A stretch of DNA of 64,000 bases from Podarcis bocagei (lineage: Eukaryota): assembly GCA_964188305.1 (NCBI GenBank), contig OZ076888.1. One strand, 5' to 3'. The number at the start of each line of letters is the position of its first letter. The first letter of the stretch is position 1. The notes under the pieces were generated by a model. The model had not been told where the DNA came from. It saw only the letters and a list, made by a program, of their open reading frames with translations, and ran no database searches. This document shows, piece by piece, positions 35,836 to 49,459 of this stretch. A program made the translations under genes and the position numbers.

Positions 35836-38800
35836 CAGTTTGTTACCTGCCCTTCACCTTAAGGTCCTAGGATAGATTACAACTATTTAAAATGCAGCTT
35901 AATGCAGTTTAAAAATTTACAGTTAAAAATACTGATGTCTTTGCTGCCCATGACTCCTTTAGGAGGGAGGCAAGGATATGAATTTAATTAATAAATAATA
36001 AAATAATATTGTGCGCAAGATGAAACCCTTTGGAACCCCATAATATAAGTGCTGTAGGTTGGCACACTAACTTCCCCTTTGGGACTAGCCATACAACAAG
36101 GAGCAGACTCATAATATCATCATGCTTCGGTTAATCTAGCCAGTCCAGGAGGATAGTCAGATCTATGGTAGCAACGGCTGTTTGAGAGGGCCAGGAGAAT
36201 CAATAAGGTCTCACTACCCAATCTCTTTTATAGCACAGGTAATCTAATTAAGTGAAAAGTATGAAGTCAGTGTGTGCTATCATGCTTTTTCATGTGTAAA
36301 AAAGAATAAACTATTTTTGTTTGCTATTACATATGCATGTTTGATAAGTAGTAAGTTCCAGTGAAGAAGCTGCTTCCTAGTAACCGTGCTTAGGACAGCA
36401 GCATTTCTATAGCATCTTAAAGGACTTATTTATAAACCTCCATCTACTATGTAGAGTGTACTTGAAGGGAATTGAATAGCCACTTTATTTTTATCAGGCA
36501 ACAAGTGCTTTCAGGATTTATGAAGTAGTTCTGTATGTGTTTGCAGAGGAGCTAACATGGAACACCTTTGTAGTAGTAGAGCTAGGAAGGCGATTGATTC
36601 TTGTTGGGATTAGTTGGCTGAAGCCAAATATAAATAGTAAAACTCAAGTTCCATTATGCAGGAAATCAAGAATCTCTATTATTTGGGTGCCAGCTGGAGA
36701 TGAGGGAAACAGGAGGTTACCAGAGAACAAAACATGCCTGCTGACACATCTCTTCTTTGCTTAACCTGTCTCTGTGAACAGTTTCATGAAGTAGTTGGGA
36801 AGAGAGCAAAGTACTTTGATGGTTGATGCTGGAACAGAGTTCCTGAAAGCTTGTCACCTGATTAATGGCTGTTTTGTAACAGTATGTGCTGCAGTCCTGA
36901 TTGTTGGAAATGTTTGCCTGCTTTTGTTTGCTCAGCAGGCACCAAAGCTTAAAGGGAAATTTTTACCCTGGAGCGAAGTTGGTGAAGGAAAAAATGTAAG
37001 GGGGGGTGGGGAGGACCTGTCACTGACAATGTTCAGTTTATGTGCTGCTGTAAAAGAATTAATATTGCATAAGCTCTGATTTTGTTAGATACTCTCTTTT
37101 TTTGCACAATTTTATGTCCCCTGCTGCCCCAAGCACCTTTGTTGTTCTTCTGCAATGAAGTTACAACTAATAGGTCTGTGAACTGTGAGTCTGGGGTTTA
37201 AGCAATGGCAACATTCCAATAGTTTTGGTTGACTATTGAGAATGTAAGTTTTAAAATACTGTATTCTAAAAGGTTAAGGAAAGTAATTCTTCAATTATGA
37301 AAAGCATGCTTTTAAAATTCCAGATTATAGTTTCTAGTGGCCTTAGTTTCTCAAGCAGCATCAATTTGTAACAAATCCAAAATATGAATGTAGAATTAGT
37401 GGAACATCTCTTCCTGCTATGATTTGGCATCCAAGCATGCTTTTGCAAATAGTATGCGTATTGTATTAACTGCCTCCAATTCCTCCTCCCCTTTTCAATG
37501 CTGTGCAATTTGTCCGGTCCCTGAACTTCACTGGAGCTTTTAGTAACCAGTGACTTTCATCACAACCAGTTGCATTCTGAGGCAAGAAGCACAAATGGCT
37601 GGGGAGGGCGGGTAGAGAGAGAAAAGGAATATAGACCTCCAAAAGGAGAACATCATTCCAAATTGTTCTTTGCTGCTATGCTGTTAAAGATGAAAACGTG
37701 CTTGGCCACGGTGTTGAAAACAGCAAGCATTTTAAAAATTATTTCACTTTAGTTCAGAGCTTGGGGTAGGGTAGGAAGAGGTAAACCCATCCGCCTCCAT
37801 GCAGAAACACAGGCTGGTTTCTCTGGATGATTTGGACTTTAAGGGATATTTAATTTCTCCCATTCCACTAATATGCTGTAGCATTTGGTGCTCTAAAGAA
37901 ACTTGTCCGTATTGGGAGTCAAATAACCAGAAGCAGGCAGGTTGTAAGGGTTATGGATCCAAATCTGTCCAGGTTGTTTTCTACTTCCTACCAGGTTGGG
38001 GAGTCCCTGAAGTTATTTGTTTATTCATTTATTGATGTTTGTAGGTCAGCCAGCTGCAGGAGGGCAAAGTATTAACCCTGAAGACAAGACCACCATGTAA
38101 AAACTGCCTATTTATGTAACAGAGAAAAAGCAGTTAAGTATTAGTATTCAAGCCTTTGTGTCCACCCTCTTGTTTACAAGGAAGTTTATGCCACCGTAGA
38201 TTGGCTGCAATCCAGCAAGACAGTCCCACACATACAAACAGAGTTTTCCCGTTTTCAGCAATGGAAGGGGGGATAGCTCTGTGTATTATCCGGCTACGTT
38301 AGAAATGGTGTTGGGCCACTGGAAAGTGGTTGCTTTTTCAGTTCCTCTATGCAGCGCATAGAGTGCAACGATACTTTACAGGCAGGTTCTTGTATAGAAA
38401 ATCACTTTGATCTTGTTTGTGTACAAACTGCAAGGTGACCATTATAAACTGTATCCAGTGTGGTATTCAGCCACAAACTGAAAATAAAAAGTACGTGAAC
38501 AAGACTTAAAAGAATTTTGAAACACATTTTCTTGTTCAGAGCAATGTTCTTTAACAGTATTGATAATATGTCTCACTTTCTCAATAGGTTATTTGAAATT
38601 CAAGCTATATTTTAGTTTTATCATGATGGGCATATTTAATATCTGTGTCACAAATACATAGCTGGGGAGGAAACTGCACTATGAAGGTGTTCTAAGAAAT
38701 CTATTTACAGTCCAGGAAAACTAATTATGTGGCCCTCTGAACTGTTTTAAGTTTAAGACCTCTTCAGGACTTAGACACCACCTGGTGGTCTGTTGAGATC

Positions 38801-38909
38801 CACTGGAAGCAACTAAAGTGTTACCAACCCAAGCTAACATCTGACTCAGAAGTGATGATTCTTATACAAGGGTGTACCTTGCAACATGGCAATTAGAAAT
38901 TACATATTA

Positions 38910-39078
38910 CCGTACTTTTCCGTGTATAAGACTATTTTTTTTTACTCTAAAATAGTGTTCAAAATCTGGGCTCATCTTATACACGGATGGTATCTCCCCC
39001 CATTTTCTTAAATCGGAGTCCCAAAAAGCAGGGGGCATCTTATACATGGAGGGGCGTCTTATAGGCGGAAAAATACAG
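38910..39078. mobile_element. Tc1/mariner MITE (CCGTA-TIR family A)
   Basis: TA|CCGTACTTTTCCGTGTATAAGAC...GTCTTATAGGCGGAAAAATACAG|TA; an inverted relative lies at 56829. Confidence 0.88.
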
Positions 39079-39230
39079 TACATTGATGGTCCCCCAATGT
39101 TGCCTTGATTTACTAGCCGACTGTTAATTGTGATTGCAACTGACCGGTCCCCTCCTTCCCACTCTTCAAAAACACAGGGAGCTTTGAGATGTGGTGGAGT
39201 CGGTCTTTCACTTAGCACTAGGCTTTAGAG

Positions 39231-39369
39231 CAGTGTTTCTCAAACTTGGGTCTCTAGCTGTTGTTGGACAACAGCTCCCATTATTTCTGACCTCTGGTCC
39301 TGCTAGCTTAGGGATCATGGGAATTGGTTGTCCCAACAACAGCTAGGGTCCCAAGTTTGAGAAACACTG
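39231..39369. mobile_element. hAT palindromic MITE
   Basis: TIRs CAGTGTTTCTCAAACTTGGG / CCCAAGTTTGAGAAACACTG, TSD ctttagag/ctttatag. Confidence 0.88.
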
Positions 39370-40043
39370 CTTTATAGAGAGGCAAAGGTAGTATGACTCT
39401 TCCTCACTGCTTCCTCACTAGGCAATCCCCTAGTCTTCCCCTAAATTCTGTGGTTAAATTCAGAGTGCTTGAAGAATTAGAAAGATCTTTTCTCAGTTTG
39501 TGCTGAGCTTACCTAGCACAAAGATCTTCCTTACAGATTCTTTTGCAATACATAAAGAACTTATGGGAATTTTGTGGGGAATTTTGTGCCAGGCCAGTTG
39601 TGGTCACCAGAGGGGAGAAAGCTAATTGTCACTGAAATGCAGATTTTAGATTGAGAGCCAAACAGATGTGAAAGATACTTAGGACAAGATTGACTGAGGT
39701 GGCCCTTCTCATTGATTGCTAATTTGCAGTAGTTATTTCAAACAGCCAAAAAAGTTCATGACCCGAATAATCAACATTTGGTATGCCTTAAGTCTTTTAT
39801 ATTCCGACCATACAGCAAGTAGAAAGTGAATAGATTGTCATAAATTGTTGTTTTTTGAGCATTTTTCATCTGGCATGCTCTCTAAGTGGTTTGATTAAAA
39901 TGAATATAAGATTTACAGAAATCCCAAGATACAATTAAAACCAACAATAAAGCAATCACAATAAGTATAACATATAAAAAAAGGCTAGAGGCTGAAAAAA
40001 AAGTTCATCTGAATCTTAAATCTTGATTAATCTTACGTGATTA

Positions 40044-40336
40044 CCGTATTTTTCGCCCCATAGGACGCACCAAGCACGCGTCTCCCCACCGTCAGCCTCC
40101 AAACCACATCGGGAGACAGCGGGATGGCGGTGTTCCGCCTCCCCGCTATCCCCCGACCTTGTGGGGCTGGCGCTGCGGCTCTCCTGAAGCCTGGAGAGCA
40201 AGAGGGGTCGGTGCGCACCGACCCCTCTCGCTCTCCAGGCTTCAGCGAAAGCCTGTATTCGCCCCATAGGACGCACACACATTTCCCCTTCATTTTTGGA
40301 GGTGGAAAAGTGCGTCCTATAGGGCGAAAAATACAG
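40044..40336. mobile_element. Tc1/mariner MITE (CCGTA-TIR family B) with internal 62-nt palindrome
   Basis: TA|CCGTATTTTTCGCCCCATAGGACGCAC...GTGCGTCCTATAGGGCGAAAAATACAG|TA; CpG-rich. Confidence 0.9.
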
Positions 40337-40622
40337 TATATGGATATTGACTTTTAAGTGATTGATGTCCTAAAGAAATCACATTAAATAAATAAAAATA
40401 AAAACTCAGAAGCTAATAATCCTTTTAAAAGGCACGAAAATGTGCATATTGTACAACTCTTCCCCACCCTTGATTGCTCTTTGTCATGTCACAGGATTCT
40501 AAATCCATGTCTTCTCTGTAATTGTCCATGCTTGTAAGGTCAATTTGATGGCTTGTTCTTAAATGCCATTAAATCTCTCCTGGCTTCTTATTGTTCCAGG
40601 TGAAGAGAATAATCCAGATTGA

Positions 40623-41045
<423 letters not shown>

Positions 41046-43131
41046 TGAACAAACAGCCCTTTATGCGGAGTTTGGCTCTCAACCCCCCCTACTTTTTTTT
41101 TAAATGCTATGCTTCATTAACACTGCACAAAAGTAGCTTCCCAGCTACATGGCATTTGATTGCTGCTTAGACACAGGGAAGAAAAGGGAAGTCACTGCCC
41201 AGATACAAACTATTGGGACATTTACATGCAGATCGGCATTCCGCTCTTATTTTGAATTCTGTACTTAAAAGCTGCCTCAAATGCCTCCATGTGATTTGGT
41301 TTGTTGGAAAAGGTAAACTGTATTTTACATATCATTAAAATAATGTTTTAGAACACCAGCTTAGCGTACACTTGTTTGTGAGTTCAGTGCATCTCATAAT
41401 TGTAGTTAAAATTGTCAAACTTCTTCACGAGTCCAAAGGAGATTGTAGTTTGTCCAGAAACTATAACAACCCAGAATAGAGCTAGTTTTGCTTTTTATAA
41501 TCCATGTCTGCTCATAAGTCTGTGTGCCAAGGAAACAGGGCCAGTCTACAAGAAAGCAACGCACAATCCGTTTAGGCAATAAACCCATATTCATCAGATT
41601 GCATCCTACCTGGACAGTGTGACTCCATGCGACTGGCTTATGTGTAAATATGTTTAGAATTGCAATATTAAGGTAGCATCTCTTTGTGGACAATTTGAAA
41701 ATGAAACTTCTGTCCTGAGCTAAAGGATAGGTGTAGGTGTGTTTGCACCACTTTTAACTTCAGTTTGAAAACATCTAAAGCTAGTAATACAAGTTAATCC
41801 TGTATGGAAGACTGGTGTAGGATTTATGCCTGAATGATAATTGAAAGGCATATGTTCTGCTTCCTCCAGTTTCTATATTATTCAAACCAACTATTAGTTG
41901 TAAGTTTCTGGCTTTCATGGCTCCAAATAAATTTCTAAAAGGGTGGCTTTGCTATGTGCTCCTCATTGCAAGTTCCAAATAAAACAACTAGTGGCTTAAA
42001 CCTACCGTGGAATAATTCTGTAACAGACTCATCCTGCTCCAAACCTGTAATTCAGAGGACTCAGCATGCTAGGAGAGGCATTTTTAAAGGCTGTATACAG
42101 CTTAGAAGAGCTCCTAGTGAACATAAACTGAAGACAACACATACAAAGTTGCTTGTATATGGGCTAATTGGGAAACTGTGTTTGGTAGGCTGTGTCCTTC
42201 AGAGGCAGAATAGTGGACCAGGGGAAGGTGATGATGTGTGAGTTAGTGCGAAGAGTGGGCACTTACAGTGGGATTTTATGGTTTGGTCTATATCTGAAAT
42301 GTATACACCACTTTTTTTTAGTCAAATACTTTTTATTAGATACTGTAAAGCTAAAGTAAATGTATTGTGCTATTCAGTGAGGACTCTTACATTTAATTGG
42401 TCGTAGCAAAATTCTACTTTTTTTTAAAGTAGAGTTTGTCTACCTGAAAGAAAAAAATGGGCACCTATTTCAGATGTGATTCTACATTTCCCATTTTAAG
42501 TGTTGCCTTAATGTGAAACTGTCACATTCTGTTTTTTTTCCTGTATTGCTTTTTTCTACCTTTATGTGAAATGTCTGTCAGTGCCGTAAAAACATCATTC
42601 AAGAATAGTTTTATGCGACCAAAGCTGACCCTAAGCTAATCCATATACAGTGTCAGCCTGGAGCCAATATTATACTTTGTGAATTCAGTAAACATATGAC
42701 ATGACCAGTTCTGTCACTGTGGAACAGAAATCCTGTGTAAGACATAGCATATACTTGTCATGTGCTTGCTAAATATACAAACAAACAAACAAATAGGTAG
42801 CCCCTATCTTGAGTCAGCTTCAGTTCTGTAATGCTACACTAGGAAATGCATGCTGTTTATACAGCTTGTGTGTTACATAGTTTATTTCATGGAGTATTTC
42901 AGGCATGCTCACTAAAACACAAACTATCACTACAGCAAGCAACTTGCTCTAATAGGATAGTTGTGCTGGTTTTTAAACAAGAGAAGGAACTGTGGTTTTT
43001 ATATTATACAGTAAAGTAGACCCACAACTCATGCAGGGGATCACACCTAAAGCCAAAATTGTATATCATCAAAACCCATTGGGTTTAAAGGTGGGTGGGA
43101 TTGCCAAACTCATGTTTCCCAGAACCCCACC

Positions 43132-43195
<64 letters not shown>
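43132..43195. repeat. (TTTC)n microsatellite
   Basis: About 15 tetranucleotide units. Confidence 0.95.
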
Positions 43196-43461
43196 TTATC
43201 ATGCACATAAAGCACACGAGTTAAATGTCTGCAAATTGTGGGCTTACTGTACTGTCTACACTGTTGTGTATAAATAAGTACATGTATAATTAGCAGTATC
43301 TGTGCTACTAATTTCAAAGGGGCTACTTCACCAGGTGTCCATAATAATGGTACTCGTTGGTTAGTGTCTGTCTTGGGAGGAATGCGCCTTTCAGGGTGAA
43401 GTCAAACTGTTGGAAGGTTGCAGGGCCTTCTGGCATAGCTTCTGAGGGCAGAATCCACATA

Positions 43462-43706
43462 CCCATATTTTTCGCTCTATAAGACGCACCAGACCACAAG
43501 GCGCACCTAGTTTTTGGAGGAGGAAAACAAGAAAAAAAATATTCTGAATCTCAGAAGCCAGAACAAGAAGGATCGCTGCGCAGTGAAAGCAGCAATCCCT
43601 CTTGCTGTTCTGGCTTCTGGGATAGCTGCGCAGCCTGCATTCGCTCCATAAGACGCACACACATCTCCCCTTACTTTTTTGCTCCCTTATAGAGCAAAAA
43701 ATACGG
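43462..43706. mobile_element. Tc1/mariner MITE (CCGTA-TIR family B) with internal hairpin
   Basis: CCCATATTTTTCGCTCTATAAGACGCAC...CTTATAGAGCAAAAAATACGG|TA; internal inverted repeat cagaagccagaaca / tgttctggcttctg. Confidence 0.85.
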
Positions 43707-45681
43707 TAATTAGAAAACTCGGCAGTGAGTGCATGAGTGACCAGTGCAGTGGAATCACTGCTTTGTAATAGGCTTAGCACACTGGTCAGTTGACTACCTA
43801 TTGTTTAACATTGATCAAATTTTGTTGAATATTCTGTTCAGTCACCTCTTAGGTGGGCCATTGCTATTTTAAGAGAACAGGGCAAACATTTTCTAGAAAA
43901 AATAGCAATGGTTGATCCTAGTATTCTAGATAAAAGCCAGAGAAAAGAGCCATTCACATTAATAGAAACAGGACCAAACACTGTTAGCAGTTATTATTCA
44001 TATTCACACAAATAAATTTAAATGCTTCACAATAACGGTATTAAAATGCTATAAGATAAAATGTACTTTCAGTGTTCTGACACTTGACCACTGTTTAACA
44101 ATAATTGACAGGTCAAATGCCGTTTCTGCAGCTGTGAATAGCATTGCATTTTGTTTACCTGGTATTATGGGGAAACTGATGCTGCTTTAGGCAGTGCACA
44201 ATGCCAGAAAGCTCTGGGTAAAAATACAGAACAGGCATCTGAACCATCGAGAGAAGTCTTTCTGAAGTACCGAGAGAATGATTGCTGTGTGTTGAGATAC
44301 TGTTGCATAGAACTATTGAGTCAGAGATAGCAGAAATAAGTCACATCATTGCATAACTGTATCATACGCACCAATGTAGTAGAGCAGAAAGAGACTTCCT
44401 GGGGTGGGACAGATACTTCTGCCTGGGTCAATGTGTGAATAGACAGATTAAAAACATTTCGGGGTAAGGTAAGGAAATGGCAAATGGTTTACATCTGTAA
44501 GTAGTTAATGTTCCTGTTAGCTTTTTTCATGTCAGTTAAGGTCTATTTGTGTGTGTGTGTTGCATGAAATAGTGAGTGAAGAACTTTCAGTTAGCTCTAA
44601 TTTTATATTGGCTAGTGGGAGCTGCTTATCAGCAGTTTCCAGACATGCAGAGCTTGAGGCTAGTATTGCTAATATAGTGGTACACTATTGGCAAGAATTC
44701 ACTGGGCTTCCCCCCGCCCCATGTTCCTAACCTCACCTTCCCCACATTTATAATAGTCTAGCAGCTTTAATGATATTGCAGTGCAGATAAATTAAGACCC
44801 CAAACCATTAATTCCTTCAGCGTTTTCCACTTACCACCCCTTATTTGTGGTTTCCCCATAGTTTTATGTAATAATACAGTATAGCCAGCTATAGAGACAT
44901 TGTGTAATTTTTAAAAACTAAATCCAGATGTATCACAATATCTAATATATAGCTTCATCCACTGTTGGGGTGCTTTTTTTGGTTGTTGATGTAGAAAATA
45001 ATATTCCTTATTGGGGGAAATCTGATCACCTGGTTGCTGTTAGTTCTAGCTTCCCCAAAGCATTTTGTAATTGAGTTAAGTCTAGAGTGAGAGACTAGGG
45101 TGATGTCTGCTGTTTCCAGAAACTCTTATGTACTATTATAAAGAATAAAAATAACTTCCTGGCCTTACATTGCAACTCTTAGCATATGTATTATGACACA
45201 ATAGCGCTCAGCTCAAAAAGCTTTGTAGAGTGTCCTGCCACAGTCAGCTTCAAAGACAACCATACATTCAGCTGTTCTACACTATATGCTCTAATATGAA
45301 ACAAATAACATGTTAATTAGTAAAAACCATAGTGAATTGGATCCCCCCCCCACACACACAACAAGCACCATGGAATTTAGCTCAGTTGGGTCAAACATCC
45401 AATGAGTCTTCCTGTTTGAAAAAGTTGTCTTTCAAAGAATGGCTTCAGGTAGGAATGTCCCCAGTATTTCATCAGCTGCTGTTAGGTTTGCACTAATGGT
45501 TACCAATACTTGGTTAAAATAGTTTTGAAGTAAATGTGTTGCATTTTGGAGTGGGACGATCAAGGCAAGAAGCAAACCTGTGGGGGAGTGGCATTAGTGG
45601 GAGAAGATGGCAGCAAAATGTTACTCAGAGTAATCTTTCTTCAACTCCCACTCTGCTTGAGTTCAAATCTTAAGGGGGAAT

Positions 45682-45704
45682 TGTGTGTGTGTGTGTGTGT
45701 GTGT
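45682..45704. repeat. (TG)n microsatellite
   Basis: About 11 units. Confidence 0.9.
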
Positions 45705-46166
45705 GCACATGGATGCATGCTGCTTTCATTTCCTAGCTCTAAAAAAAAATCCACAAACAGGCACTAGAGAAAGTGCGACCCAGGGCTATTTCTAGGCATG
45801 ACCCTCTAGCTAGAGTAGCTGCTTGACATAGCCAGCAGGTGATCTGTTTGTCGCTGACCTCCATGACTTACATGGGGAACAGAGTAGTACCCTTCTTTTT
45901 CAACTACTAAGCATCTTCTGTTCCCCTTTCTCCTGGCTTCTGATACAATAAAGCAGAAATAACCAGACGTGCATGCAGTTAATCCATACAAAGCAACGCT
46001 AAATTGATGTAGTTGTTCTGAAGTTCAGTACAGAGATTTCAGTTCCAAAATATTTTGAACTTGTTTTAAGAAATGAACTACTCTTTAATAAGTAACTATG
46101 TTGGATGGTAAAAAGAACAAACCAGCTGCTGATTCTTCTTGACAGATATGTCTTATATTTTCACAG

Positions 46167-46305
46167 GCTTTTCGGGAAGACCTGGAATCACTAATTCAAG
46201 AGCAAATGAAGAAAGGCAATAACCCAACTGGATTGCTTGCCTTACAGCAGATTGCCGACTACATTATGGCAAGCTCTTTTGCAGGATTTTCTTCATCTCC
46301 TCTAA
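46167..46305 (+). CDS. ADD3: ADD3 exon 3 (139 nt)
   Basis: tttcacag|[49 protein letters not shown], donor A|gtaagt (phase 1). Confidence 0.96.
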
Positions 46306-46532
46306 GTAAGTGCAATTCATAATAATTCTTTCTAATAGCTAAAATGACCTTTATAGAGAATGCCTATCCTTGTTCCTGGATTATTTTATGGAAAACCTGA
46401 TCTTGATAAACTGCTGATAGATTCACTTTTGCTTCTACTGATTTCTGTTTGTGATCACATATACATGTATATATGAGATATCAAAAAGATTCAGTGTTCT
46501 GCTGCATACAAGCAATACCGCTCCCTATAACC

Positions 46533-46665
46533 CAGGTAGCCAATGTACCGCCCTCCAGACACTATCGAACTACCACTTCTATTAGCCCCAGCCACAATGG
46601 CAGTGGTCAAGCATGATGGGAGTTGTAGTCTAGCAGCATCTAGAGGGCAACATTGCCTATCCCTG
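46533..46665. mobile_element. hAT palindromic MITE, degraded
   Basis: Foldback ccctccaga...tctagaggg, TSD ctataacc/ctttaacc. Confidence 0.75.
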
Positions 46666-47035
46666 CTTTAACCTGTAGTTTAGATTTGGCAAATATAATG
46701 CTTTCTTTTAAAAAGAACTGCTATATTAACAGCTATTTATTTTATTGTTAATTGAGGTAGCAGGAAAATATAAAAAGTGACATTTTGTTGTGAAATTCAG
46801 CTTCAGGTGGTGTTTCAAGTACCTGCCTGTGTCACCAACTTGGTTCTGCCTTCTCTTTTGAAAGTCAGAAAAAGAACATTTCTCAGGTGCAAAGTTCAGT
46901 AGTTTAAATACTAAAAGTTGTTGGGAAGGTAATGGAAATAACTGCAATGTTAGCAGTTTCCAGTTCATTCTAAAATGTGACTATATGGTTGCTTTGAAGA
47001 GAATGTTCTAATGGTTTTCTTATAATATAATTTAG

Positions 47036-47187
47036 GCTCTGGATTGGTTACACCTATCAATGACCTTCCTGGGATAGATACCACTACATATGTAAAGGGC
47101 GAAAAACTTACTCGTTGTAAATTAGCCAGTTTGTATAGGCTGACAGATCTGTTCGGATGGGCACACCTGGCCAATTCATATATCACA
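47036..47187 (+). CDS. ADD3: ADD3 exon 4 (152 nt)
   Basis: aatttag|GC, (S)[50 protein letters not shown], donor ACA|gtaagt. Confidence 0.96.
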
Positions 47188-47335
47188 GTAAGTACCCTGA
47201 AGTCAGCATTTTTATTACTCCTTTGCATATAGGAAGATATAGCTGAGCTTTTCAGCCCTATAAATTGCATATTACCCCAGGATTAAACATACAGTTTTGT
47301 TAGCATCACAGTAACCTTTTCCTCTCAATTTCCAG

Positions 47336-47416
47336 GTAAGAGTAAGCAAAGAACATGATCATATTCTTATCATTCCAAGAGGCCTATCGTTTTCTGAAGC
47401 TTCTGCCTCCAATTTG
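47336..47416 (+). CDS. ADD3: ADD3 exon 5 (81 nt)
   Basis: tttccag|[30 protein letters not shown], donor TTG|gtatgt. Confidence 0.95.
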
Positions 47417-47562
47417 GTATGTACTTAACATAGGGAATAATGTTATGCTCTTAATTATGTTGAGAGTTTTGTTCTGTTTCATTTACTGTTGACCCAAAAG
47501 GACATTTCAGAACCTTTAGGGCATACAGGCACCCCCCCACTTAGGCATGTTCTACCCACACA

Positions 47563-47727
47563 NNNNNNNNNNNNNNNNNNNNNNNNNNNNNNNNNNNNNN
47601 NNNNNNNNNNNNNNNNNNNNNNNNNNNNNNNNNNNNNNNNNNNNNNNNNNNNNNNNNNNNNNNNNNNNNNNNNNNNNNNNNNNNNNNNNNNNNNNNNNNN
47701 NNNNNNNNNNNNNNNNNNNNNNNNNNN
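47563..47727. other. Assembly gap (165 N) in intron 5
   Basis: Run of N. Confidence 1.
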
Positions 47728-49309
47728 AGGAGAGAGCTGGAGAGTCCTCATGGCTTACAAGCAGACCCTCCCCAGAGCCCAAAGAGGATGTCAGTGAGGG
47801 CGGAGGAAGCCCCAAAGAGACCTGAGGTGCAGCAGGGCTTTATTTCGGCTGCTTAGCCTCCCTACCCAACAGCTGATGTGGGGGGTAGCGCAGCAGTAGC
47901 AGCCCCTTTACCGCTCATCCTCCATGCAGCCCCAGAGATTCAACTGGATTGGAGAAAGAGCTAGAGAGCAGGGAGAATAGGCATTTAGTGTCTCTTTAAC
48001 GGGGGTTTCACACTTTACATGATTTCACTTAAGCGCTCAGGGGCCTGGAACATAGCCCCTGCATGTGGGTCGATGCCTGTATGTGCCTAATGTTTTACTT
48101 TGAGCAAACAACTGAAACAAAGGTTACATATTTTTCTCAGTTGCTAAAACGCGGCTACTTTATTGTAAGTGTCAATCTTCAGGTTTCTATGTAGGTTTAT
48201 ATTCTCTTTCATCTGCAGCTATCTGCTGAAAAAGCACTTGCATTTTTAATCAGTCCTCTGCCAAAATTTATCTGCTGCTTCTTACCATATGATCCTCCTC
48301 CTTGTTCTCTGTTGTCTCTCCCACTCATGTTTATGTCTGATCCTGTGCCTCTTAAGTACCTTAAATTAAACTTGGCTGTTTGTATCCAGGTGCATATTGT
48401 GGGAGAACATGGATGGAGTGACCCAGAAAGCCTCCATGTACCTAAAGAAATACTTCCTTAAGCAAAACAACTCCTATTTGAGACAGTCTCCTTTAGAAAA
48501 AGGGTAGCACACCCATCCCTGCCCCACAATTTGAGCTTGGAGTTGGCACACTGAACAATTTCATCCGTTTTATTGGGAAATTGTATTGTTTGCTTAAGCC
48601 ACTGTTAGGAAATTCAACATGCATCACACTGAGAATGACATAATCAGAAGTGTGATGGGAATCTTAATGGCTTCCCTCATTGCAGCTGTTAGCTTCCCTT
48701 CCTACTTATTTGGTGGCTGCAACAGCAGAGAAGTCTCTTGGAGGCTACATTCCCTATCTGGCATTTTATATGCTGTGATGGCAGCAAACCAAGTGTGAAA
48801 GTTGGCACCTAAGTCCATTGTTTTGATGTCAAATGTCCTGAGGAGTGGCCTGGAAGGAAAGAGCCTGAGACTGCCTTTGCAGCATGCAAGGTGACAAGGA
48901 AGCACAGGTGCTTGACAGTTAAGGCTTGGTAGTAATCTGAGCTTTAAGAACTACTTTAATAGGCACAGTATTTGCTTCATAATATAAAGGAGTATTAAGA
49001 GCTTGCCAAATCCATATTTGCAAGCAAGGTAATTTACTAACTACAACAGCATCACTATTCTCCTTCTGAGGGTTTGTACTTTTTTCTTTAATGTTTATTA
49101 GACAACTGAGAGCTGAAGTACAACAGAGCCGACTGAAATGGCTTTAAAAATACTGTATCACACTCATTTAAATCTTGTAGTAATTCTAACACTATACTCT
49201 GTGTTTCTCCTGAAAGCTGAGGAGCTATAAAAGCCAACCTATGTTCCTTGGTTACTCTCAGTCAGGACTGAAATGTAATTAGTGGTGTTTCTCTGACTTG
49301 GCTTTTCAG

Positions 49310-49459
49310 GTAAAAGTAAACATACTGGGAGACGTGGTTGACCAGGGAAGCACCAATCTAAGCATTGACAGTTCAGGATTCAGCCCTCATGCAGCCATCT
49401 ACTCCATGCGCCCTGATGTTCGATGTGCGATCCACATACACACTCCAGCAACAGCAGCT
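49310..49459 (+). CDS. ADD3: ADD3 exon 6 (150 nt)
   Basis: cttttcag|[53 protein letters not shown] (aldolase-II HxH motif), donor GCT|gtaagt. Confidence 0.96.

Noticed and set aside
40044-40336. CpG-rich block just upstream of the first coding exon as a CpG-island promoter
   Set aside because: Fully explained by a TIR- and TA-bounded MITE, and exon 2 has a normal splice acceptor.
42992-43317. ORFs with SFFL or KKER repeats
   Set aside because: Translations of the (TTTC)n microsatellite.
47479-47825. ORFs containing X runs
   Set aside because: Artefacts of the 165-N assembly gap.
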